A DNA stretch of 45,709 bases, taken from Octopus bimaculoides (lineage: Eukaryota). The number at the start of each line of letters is the position of its first letter. The stretch's first letter is position 1. Location: assembly GCF_001194135.2 (NCBI RefSeq), contig NC_069000.1:17384198-17429906 (forward strand), in the 5' to 3' direction. Below, one piece after another: positions 36,070 through 45,709 of the stretch. The position numbers and the translations under genes were made by a program. The notes beneath the pieces were generated by a model. The model saw only the letters and a list, made by a program, of their open reading frames with translations, had not been told where the DNA came from and made no database searches.

Positions 36070-36306
36070 CACTATAATACAAAAAAATGGACTATATACC
36101 TGTTGTAATTTAGTTATCCATAGTCTGATGATATTTCGGAATACAATTCCTTCTTCAGATATTCTTAGATGGAGTCGCTGCTATAATCGAATATAGCAGC
36201 GACTCCATCTAAGAATGTCTGAAGAAGGAATGGTATTCCGAAATATCATCAGACTATGGATAACTAAATTAGAACAGGTATATAGTCCATTTTTTGTATT
36301 ATAGTG
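36070..36306. repeat. 237-bp near-perfect palindrome in DEDD intron 2
   Basis: Centre ATCGAA at 36186-36191; the arms differ by 3 substitutions and 1 indel. Confidence 0.95.
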
Positions 36307-37067
36307 CATTGTTGTACCATTCAAAACTTTTATTCTTTACATACAATACATAATGCTTCAAGCGAACTGCAATACTCTCCTATCTTCATTGGATATATAT
36401 GTATTTGTGTTGGAATGGAATATGTGAATTATTTGGTCTGTATTATTGCTCTTTCTGAGACACAATTGTCATGTGGAGGCCAGCTTATTTAAATGGCTGG
36501 GATATCACTTTATCTTTTGGTAAACTGACAGATGAAAAATGAGAGGGTGGTCTTGGCTTTGCAATCAAAGAGAACTCAGGCCATGGTATTGCAGGTTTGT
36601 GAGATCAAGCCTAGCATGAGCGCATTTACATAAAGCATTGGTAGATATGGTCAGTGAATACCAAACCATTTGATACTATAGTCATCGTCATCATCATTGG
36701 TTTAACATCCCCTTTTCCATGCTTGCATGAGGCAAACAGAATATTTTGAGGTGGATTTTCTGTGGCCGGTTGCCCTTCTTTTTACCAACCCTCTTCTATT
36801 CCCTGACTAGGTACTATTTTTCCATGACGACCCAGAAAATTGGAAATACAAGACACATGAGTGATACTCATTTATAAGTATCACACACTATCAAGGTAAG
36901 AAGATAGTAAAACACACACGAACGATGGGCTTTTTTCCAGTTTTCTTCTACCAAATTCACTCGCAAGACTTTGGTCAGGTTGGAGCTACTGTAGAGTTTG
37001 ATAATAATTTGTTTATTGTATTTCGTGGAGTGAAGTAAACATACTGTTGACTAATTCTCTTTTTCAG

Positions 37068-37322
37068 ATATTCGGTTGAGAGTCCGTGCTGAGTACTGCC
37101 ATCATGAAAATGTGCTTGAAGGCAATGTCTTCTCAAATAAACCTGAGTTACTTGAAAGGCAGTTTGAAAAATTTGCCCAGGCCAACACAATCCTTAAATC
37201 TCGGGACCTCGGTTCCATTATTTGTGATATAAAATTCTCAGAACTCACTTATTTGGATGCATTCTGGCGAGATTATATTAATGGCTCATTATTGGAAGCT
37301 CTTAAAGGCGTGTTTATCACAG
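37068..37322 (+). CDS. DEDD: DEDD coding exon 3: conserved C-terminal domain
   Basis: (D)IRLRVRAEYCHHE..GNVFSNK..LERQFEKF.QANTILKSRDLGSIICDIKFSELTYLDAFWRDYINGSLLEALKGVFIT is nearly identical to vertebrate DEDD. CTAAT..TTTTCAG| acceptor, AG|GTAAGT donor; 255 nt. Confidence 0.97.
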
Positions 37323-37337
37323 GTAAGTTACTTGTTC

Positions 37338-37375
<38 letters not shown>

Positions 37376-37856
37376 CAATGTTAATTCTCTACATATATTA
37401 GCATGAATTTAATTGGGATACACAAATGACTGTCAGTAGGATGTTAGGCTGTCAAGCCATGATCAGACCAACAAGATATTAATTTTATACACAGTGACTA
37501 TAAAACAATCAGGCGACTTTGAACAAAGTAAAATACATGTATTGGTGTAGAATTAACACAGCTTAGGTTTGTATGATGGAATGTAGGATGTGTTTTTGTT
37601 ATTAACATTGTATATTGTCAGTTATGAAAGCTAGTTCAAGTGTACAAACAATTCCTACACCATCAGTAGAGTTTGTGGTGCCTTACCAAACCCATAATTC
37701 ATTATTACATCTACATTACAACTTGCTAATGTTCAACATCAAGACACAGTCATAGCACACACACACACACACACTAAAGAGTTAAAGTTATTTGATTTAC
37801 TTTAATGTATGAAAGATTATCATCTTCTAATGTTATTAATAATACCTCTTTTGCAG

Positions 37857-37966
37857 AGTCCTTGAAACAGGCTGTTGGTCATGAAGCCATCAAGTTACTT
37901 GTTAATGTGGATGAAGATGATTATGAAGCAGGTCGACTGAAGTTACTCCAGAATCTCCAAGATTAA
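37857..37966 (+). CDS. DEDD: DEDD coding exon 4 to stop codon
   Basis: TTTTGCAG| then (E)SLKQAVGHEAIKLLVNVDEDDYEAGRLKLLQNLQD* vs vertebrate DSLKQAVGHEAIKLLVNVDEEDYELGRQKLLRNL. The total spliced CDS of 1095 nt is in frame. Confidence 0.96.
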
Positions 37967-38014
37967 AGAACAAGGCTGACATTAACATTTTTTTTTTAAT
38001 TATTATTAATATTA

Positions 38015-38020
38015 AATAAA
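38015..38020 (+). terminator. Candidate proximal polyadenylation signal of DEDD
   Basis: AATAAA 48 nt after the stop, followed by a U-rich tract. The region is AT-rich, so it could be chance. Confidence 0.35.
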
Positions 38021-38631
38021 AAAAATATTTTTTTGGTTAATTTTTTAGCCCAAATAGTGGTAGCTGAAATTAACGGCTGCTAGCATGTCCCTCTAGATTT
38101 AGGGGTTGGGGGAGGATGGTGTGGGCGGTGGGGAGTATAGGGGTGCCCTAAATACCATTGACGGTTGTTACATCACCGTTGACATTATTACATGGTGCTA
38201 GCTATTTTCCCCCCCATGCAACCTGAAGACTCACCCGAGTGATTGTCTTTCTCCTTCCCACCATTTCTTCTAGCTATTTCTGTCAGCAGCAACCGTTTCT
38301 TCAAATGCTCACATGTAAATGATGTGCTGTATGTCAGAGCGCCACATGTGACAGCACGCCTGCCACATGTTGCAATGAGCCAGGTAGGTGGCAGCACTTA
38401 ATATTGGAGTGGCATGACACATGCGGCGGCACAACACATATTCTGCAATGCACTGTGTGTCAGAGTACCACATGTTACAATATGCTACATGTTGGCTTAC
38501 TATGTATGCTCCATGCCATAGTTTTGGAAATTCCTGCAGATTTTCTTTATATCAAAATAAATATATATATGTACATACATAGATTATATATATTTATATA
38601 TATACACATTGATATATATATAGTTTCTGTA

Positions 38632-38667
<36 letters not shown>

Positions 38668-39515
38668 GGTACACTGGTGGAATACATAATTATTTTATAA
38701 TGTATGCATGTGTGTGTGTTGGATGTATAAACAGGATAAAAATTACTTGATACGTGTAGTGGAGGTTTATTTATTCATTCGGAGCTGATATTTTTTCTCT
38801 GTTGCTGCTTAGAGTAAGCAACAGAGTGAATCATTTTGCTGTGTGTGATCATTGAAGTGACATGAAGATGTCTTTTTTTTTTTTTTTTTTTTTTTTGTCA
38901 CCTGAAGGAGTGAATATAGAAAGGATTGGATGGTTACTGTTTGTGTTTAAAATAAGTGTCCTCTTTACACACAAACGTTAGAGTAATATATACATATGTA
39001 TGTGTGTGTTTATATCTATATATCTATATATCTATATATATGTATTATATATTGCCGACATGAGAACATAATTATGAATTCCCTCTTCAAGCTATGTGTG
39101 TGCGTATATATATATATATGTGTGTGTGAGTATATATTATATATATATGTGCTACATATATATGTGTATATACATGCATATACATATACGCACATGTGAG
39201 TATATATGTGCGTATGTATATATACACACATGCATATGTATAAATATATATATATACACACACTCATGCATGCATACACATTCACATATATTCTAAGGGA
39301 GATGAAGTTGATACACCTAGGTAATAAATCAATATACATATGAGTATGGCCAATGCTAGGTGGGTGGAGGTGCTTTTAAAGAGAGTTAAAGAATATATAT
39401 ACAGCCTTAATATTTTTCTCAGAAATCTACAAAAAAAAAAAAACCTGTGTTATTATGATTTTTAGGAATTTTTTTTCTTGTATTATTTTTCATTTATTTT
39501 ATTTTNNNNNNNNNN

Positions 39516-39549
<34 letters not shown>

Positions 39550-40923
39550 ATTTGTATATATTTATATATGAACATATATATACATGTGTGTGTGTGTGTG
39601 TATATATACACGTGTGTGTATGTGTATATGGATATATATGTATATATATATGTATGTGTGCATATATATATATGTATGTGTGCATATATATATATATGTG
39701 TGTGTGTATATATATATATATGTGTATGTATATATATGTATATATATATATGTATGTAAATATATGTATATATGTGTGTGTGTGTGTATATGTCATAGAC
39801 ACATCTTCCTCTAATCTATCTGCTACTGGTCTAAAATAACTGAAATTATGTTATTTCTTCCAGTATATTGTCAAATAGCTATTTTACAATCTTAACACTT
39901 GTTTCTAATTAACTTGTTATTAAACAGGTGTAAATTACTGCAGCACAAGTGTGGGTTTGCAGCTGACCTAACCAATCTATTTTTCAAACTTGGCTCTTAT
40001 GATTATTTACATGTTTCACTTGGACTGCTTATTAACCGCAGTCTAGACACTGTACAATCTGCCTGGAACTGAAAGTGGTGGCAGTCTCTGACTGTTTTCA
40101 TTCAGTATCAAATATTTATAACACTGAGATCAAAATTATATTATGTCCTCCTTTTGGAGTACATGATTCAAATATCTTTTTAAACATTGACTCTTCAAGA
40201 AAATTATAATAAAAATTGTTGGAAGAACTATTAGCCAATTATCTTCCAAATACTTTTTTATTCAATTGTCACCTGATGTCTTAAAGTGCCTCAAGATATT
40301 GGCACTGATTTAAGAAAATCTTGTTCTTATATTCTTCTATGTTTCTTAGTCATTCAATGTAGACTGATTTTTGATGCCTCCACAGAAAAAATAATAAAAA
40401 CAAAAAACAAAGAATACAAATACCAACTGTTGCATAGAGCTAAACGGCTATTCATCCCAAACATTCATATAGAAATTATTTTTTATTTTTATAGCAGTCA
40501 ATTGTTCTTGTGTGATTTCTGTNNNNNNNNNNNNNNNNNNNNNNNNNNNNNNNNNNNNNNNNNNNNNNNNNNNNNNNNNNNNNNNNNNNNNNNNNNNNNN
40601 NNNNNNNNNNNNNNNNNNNNNNNNNNNNNNNNNNNNNNNNNNNNNNNNNNNNNNNNNNNNNNNNNNNNNNNNNNNNNNNNNNNNNNNNNNNNNNNNNNNN
40701 NNNNNNNNNNNNNNNNNNNNNNNNNNNNNNNNNNNNNNNNNNNNNNNNNNNNNNNNNNNNNNNNNNNNNNNNNNNNNNNNNNNNNNNNNNNNNNNNNNNN
40801 NNNNNGCATGGTAATTTCTCAGAACTGAATGGCACAGACCGTCTGATTTGTGCCTGATTTCCAAGACTGATGATTGGACACCATCACTTACAGTTTGTTC
40901 TTCAGCAAATGAATACTTTCGCC

Positions 40924-40957
<34 letters not shown>

Positions 40958-42298
40958 GAGTGAATCAATAAGATGCTGGACAACCAACTGAATTGTTAAT
41001 AATGTTTAATATCACACCACTGCTGCTTACTCCTGTGTCCATGAGTAAAGGCCAGTTGAACCTGTTCTGGACTCAACCCACCTAGTTGTAAAAAGAGCAT
41101 CAAGGAGTAGATACAGACCACTGCTGTAAACAATGAGTGTTTTGTTAACTTATAGTGCTGGATTCAGTTTTCTGCTGTGTGGCTGGAGAACAACAGGAAA
41201 CTCCTTCAGTCTCTTCTCCTCAGAGAGACCCTGAAACCAAGAGGACTGCCAGGAATTCACTCTCCTTGTGGTATCCTCAATGGTAGCTTATCCAAAATGG
41301 CAGAAGACAGCAACAACTACTGAGTGAAATAATTTTAATTCTACAGTTCATTGATCAGTTGGTTGCCATTTTGTATGTTTTCTGTAATGACTTTAAATTA
41401 AACTACACATTGTTGTGAAGCCATCTGTTTCTTTCCTTCTATATTTATCTCCCTCTCTCTCTCCCTCCCCTTCTTACCTTCAGAAATGGCAACTGCAGTT
41501 CTATTAAATTTGCCACTAATGTTTTGACTACAAAGAGATGATATCTTGATATCTTGGATAATTTTCTGAAATTGTATAGAGAAATCTAGTGATGATATTG
41601 ATTACATTTTTTTTGCCCCAAATGGACCAGAAGTTTAGGTTATGCTACTGCCTAAATTAGGTCTTAAAACTGACCAATGAGGAGGAATTCTCAAGTAAAA
41701 TGCCTGGATTATAAGAATTCATCTGATTGACTAATTCCTGATGGAGGCATATAATAGAACTTTCAGAGATCACAAGAGTAAAGCTGTTTTTTTTTTTTTT
41801 TGAAGTTGTTGAATAAAGTCTAAGGTTTGGAGTAAGACCAAAACTAGTTCTATGACTCAACATTGCTTTATCACTTTTGTACTTCATACTTTATTATTGT
41901 TGTTGCTGGTGGTGATGTTTGGCTGTAGTTGAAGATGATGGTAGTGCTGTTGTTTTTACTGTTGCTAATTTGGAAATATTTTCAAATTCTTTCCTTTCGC
42001 ATAGATTTTGTACAACAAACTCTACATATTGACCCTTTTTTTTTTTGTATTATTTTTCACTCTATCCGTCTCTCTGTTTCTGTAGATGTGTGTGAATATC
42101 ATCATTTTCTCATTTAACGTCCATTGTCCATGCTGGCATGGGTTGCATGGTTTGACCAGGGCTGGTGAGCTGAGAGGGGGCTGCACCAGACTCCNNNNNN
42201 NNNNNNNNNNNNNNNNNNNNNNNNNNNNNNNNNNNNNNNNNNNNNNNNNNNNNNNNNNNNNNNNNNNNNNNNNNNNNNNNNNNNNNNNNNNNNNNNNN

Positions 42299-42358
<60 letters not shown>

Positions 42359-43541
42359 ATATATATAAAATATGTGTGTATGTATGTATATCTCATTACC
42401 ATCATTTAAATGTCTGCTTTTCCGTGTTTGCTTGAGTTGGTTGGGTCTCTCCAACACGGTGCCTTGCCATATGTTGCATTCTTTTGTCATCCAAGCATTG
42501 AGAAAAATATCTTTTACTACTGCACTGAATGCTAACTATTCTCTTACATCTGCCACATGCAAATACTTTGTAGTCAGCTTGCTTGCAATCCCAGTCATCT
42601 ATATCTAGTTCTCTTAAAGGTCACCTGATCTACAAGTCATGGTATTCTGTCAGGGGCTGTCTCCAGCTCACTAAATGTTAGATGGAGAGGTTTATTCTTA
42701 GCTAAAAAAATTTTCTTACACTTGTCCCATATATGAAAAGAGCATGAAAAGTACTTGAGCCTGGCACAAATTCTAGCTACATCCCTAAATAACATTATCA
42801 TTGTCAACTTGAACAAGAGCAAAAAGATGTACTGGAGAGATTGACAACTACAGAAGCATAATAAATTTTGGTTGAAGTTTTTGAATGTATCTGAGAGAGT
42901 TTATAGCAAAATTAGTTCAGGATAGAAGTAGCTTAGAAAAGATGTTTAGATAAGTGTCAAATAAAGTTGTGTATACTATATTTCTCACACAATAGCTGCA
43001 AGAGAATGTCTTAACTAAGACAACTGTTCTAGTTGGTATTTGTTGACAGTTTCCACCTCACAGTCTGTTGAGCAATATAAAAAAAATGTTGGTAAATTGT
43101 AAGAATTGTTCAGGTCAATTTTGATCTATAGATCAGGGTGTCTTGCATTGTAGTCTGCATTGAGGAGACAAGATGTAGATAGATGGACTGTAAGAATTGT
43201 TCAAGCAGTATATAAAAGTGATGTCACAAAAGTTAGTGAATAAGCAGCTGTGTGCTAGATATCATAGACTGACAGAATCCAGACTTCATATGTAGTAGCA
43301 TCCAAGAACAGTTATCAGTAGGAGCACCTATCAATTTGGGTTCATGATCCAATCTAATCATTCACTAGATGTAGTTTCTATTATCTAAGTGATTTAGTCT
43401 ACACTAGATATAGATAAAAACCTATGAAATTAGTGAAAATATTTCAATTTCATGGATAAGAAATTTTAATTCCATGTTAGAAGCAGGAAAGTTGTATCAT
43501 AAATGAATCAGTAGCTAAATAAATCTAAGGAGAGGTAATTT

Positions 43542-43591
<50 letters not shown>

Positions 43592-45276
43592 TCACACGTG
43601 TATATATGCTTGTAAATATATATGAACAGGCATATCCATGTAGTTAAGAAGTTCATTTACCAATCATGTGATTGTGGGTTCAGTCCCACTATGCAGCACC
43701 TCTACTATGATCCCAGAGCTTTGTGAACGAATTTGGTGGACAGAAACAGAAATGTATCCATTATGCATGTGTAAGTGTCACTTTTGACCATGGAGGCAAA
43801 ATGTGACCCATCAACTCTTCAGCTAGTAACTCAACATAACAACCTGACTAGCTGTGGCTCCTTATTAAATCTGATACTCTAGTGTCACTAAAAATTGTGT
43901 GGGGTTACACTCCAGATGTGTCATGTTTCTATTAGCAACAACCATTCCTTTATTCTGGACAATTAATCAGCTCTTCTCAATTGTTGACTGTATCACCCCC
44001 ACCAAAAAAAAAACTCTTTTCTCATAATAAAGAAGTTTATTTTGCAACCATGGGGTTTTAAGTTTGATCCCAGTGTGTTGTACCTTGAACTTTCATAACT
44101 TTTGGTTGACCAAAGGTTTGTGAGTTAAATTTGTTTGTTGGAGACTATGTAGAAACTTGGTAGTTGGAACCTTGTTTTGGGGTGACAGACTTAAATGGTT
44201 CCCATTTTTAATACCATCACATGGCCCTTGGTGCCTTTAGCAGAGTCCTCTCTGCTGCTAGTATTTATGTCATATCCCTGCTCTGAAGAAACTTCAACTA
44301 ATTGCAGATACTCTTGGAAGACTATTTAGAACTACATTTTCCACTAGCATATTTATGACAGTATTATTTGAGCGGAAATTTGGTCACTATTTCTAGCATA
44401 TTGATGCATCAGAATATGAAGCTGTAAGTTGAAGAAGAAAATTGAATCAGGTCCCTCTTGCTTCTCCCAATAATCTGTTGTTAGATTGACATTGACAATA
44501 ACGTATTGTTTAGAAATATATACTGATAAATAAGCGCCTGATAGAGTTGGAAAACCCTGGGTAAATGTTTCTGGAGATCTGTGTTTGTGTGCACGCGCCT
44601 GTGTATGTTTACACCTGTCTTAACAACTCTTGCTGTGTTGTATTCTTTTACACCCTGCATTTAACGGGTCGACCTAAAAGATCGATAAAATTAGTACCAG
44701 ATTAGATTAAGTACTGAGATCGATTCAGTGTTTGAAGAAGATGGCTGCAGTGTAGTCCTATAACTGAAGCGAGCAAATGAATTAGAGAGGCTAGGAGATT
44801 TTAGTAGCATATTTCTCGCATCGCACAAGAAAGTGTTACATGGCAGAGTTGCTTCCCCTGAATCAATTTTCAAACTAGCTACGAAGTTCTCTTTCTTGAT
44901 CTCCAAATGATGGAGTGTACAGTTGGTTGGATTCTTTGTCCTACATCTCGGCGATACATAAATGGTTTTATTTTATAGAGGTTATTAGAATAAAAAATTC
45001 AAGTCTTTTGTTTTAATTCCATCCACATCCAGTATTCAATATAAGAATATAAAAATCTATTTCACTAACTTTGATGGTACCGTATTTGGTCAAGCTAAAG
45101 GGTTGGGGCTGATGGGTGTATGTGATTTGTTTTTAAAAACAATAATGAATAATGCAAAAATATATTTATTTATAAAGTCTAAACTGAACATGGAATGAAA
45201 TATATTAATTTATAAACTTTAAACTGAACTTCATTTGTTTAAATTCTACGGAAACAAGCGAAGGTGGACGAGTGAC

Positions 45277-45482
45277 AGATAGATAGATAGATAGACAGAC
45301 ACACAGACAGATAGATAGATAGATAGATAGACAGACAGACACACAGACAGATAGATAGATAGATAGACAGACAGACACACAGACAGATAGATAGATAGAC
45401 ACACAGACAGACAGACACGCAGACAGATAGATAGATAGCTCCGGCCAGGCAGGCAGGCAGACAGACAGACAGATAGATAGCT
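45277..45482. repeat. Compound (GATA)n/(GACA)n microsatellite with higher-order units
   Basis: Directly visible; AGATAGATAGCTCCGGCC occurs twice near the right end. Confidence 0.95.
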
Positions 45483-45609
45483 CCGGCCGGTCAGTAACCA
45501 AAGAATCAACTCAAACCAGCAGTAACGTTCCTTGTCAGATTTTTCTACTTTCACTTCTGACAGCTAATACCATGACAGTGCCAAATATTCTAATAGGTAT
45601 AAAACAACT

Positions 45610-45709
45610 TGCTGCGAACGAATATGAAGGAAAAAAACGCGCGCTCGCGAACGGAGTGGGGGTGGGAAGAGGCCTCGGAACATTCGCATCCTGAATATCC
45701 CGAGACGCC
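45610..45709. promoter_or_regulatory. Edge of a CpG island, probably the promoter / first exon of the next gene
   Basis: 12 CpGs in about 100 bp, including CGCGCGCTCGCG, in an otherwise CpG-poor window. Confidence 0.5.

Noticed and set aside
45570-45600. MTVPNILI, resembling the N-terminus of adenylate kinase 6
   Set aside because: The following TGTPGxGKT P-loop is absent and the similarity is too short.

Overview
AT-rich, microsatellite-dense eukaryotic scaffold with eight N-gaps. The repeat landscape looks like an octopod cephalopod (probably Octopus), which is an inference from repeat families. The one confidently supported protein-coding gene is a DEDD orthologue (death effector domain-containing protein) on the + strand. 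It has 4 coding exons (23916-24399, 34828-35073, 37068-37322, 37857-37966), 1095 nt / 364 aa, all introns phase 1 with GT-AG ends. At the left end a CpG-rich region holds a probable first exon (ending 3042) and a 26-nt micro-exon (2329-2354) of an unidentified minus-strand transcript. The rest is mostly transposon debris: tRNA-headed SINEs (two with target-site duplications), RTE LINE fragments, mariner/Tc1 fragments and MITEs, and an internally deleted Gypsy element with a tRNA-Trp primer site. Most interesting observations: (1) read-through of DEDD exon 1 gives a DED-only protein with a C-terminal hydrophobic helix, a basic tail and an AATAAA at the stop; (2) a ~55-aa insertion inside the DED; (3) several minimal hammerhead-ribozyme-like motifs; (4) several long near-perfect inverted repeats, one inside DEDD intron 2. 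All homology calls are from memory of family motifs; no database search was run. Boundaries of decayed repeats are approximate.
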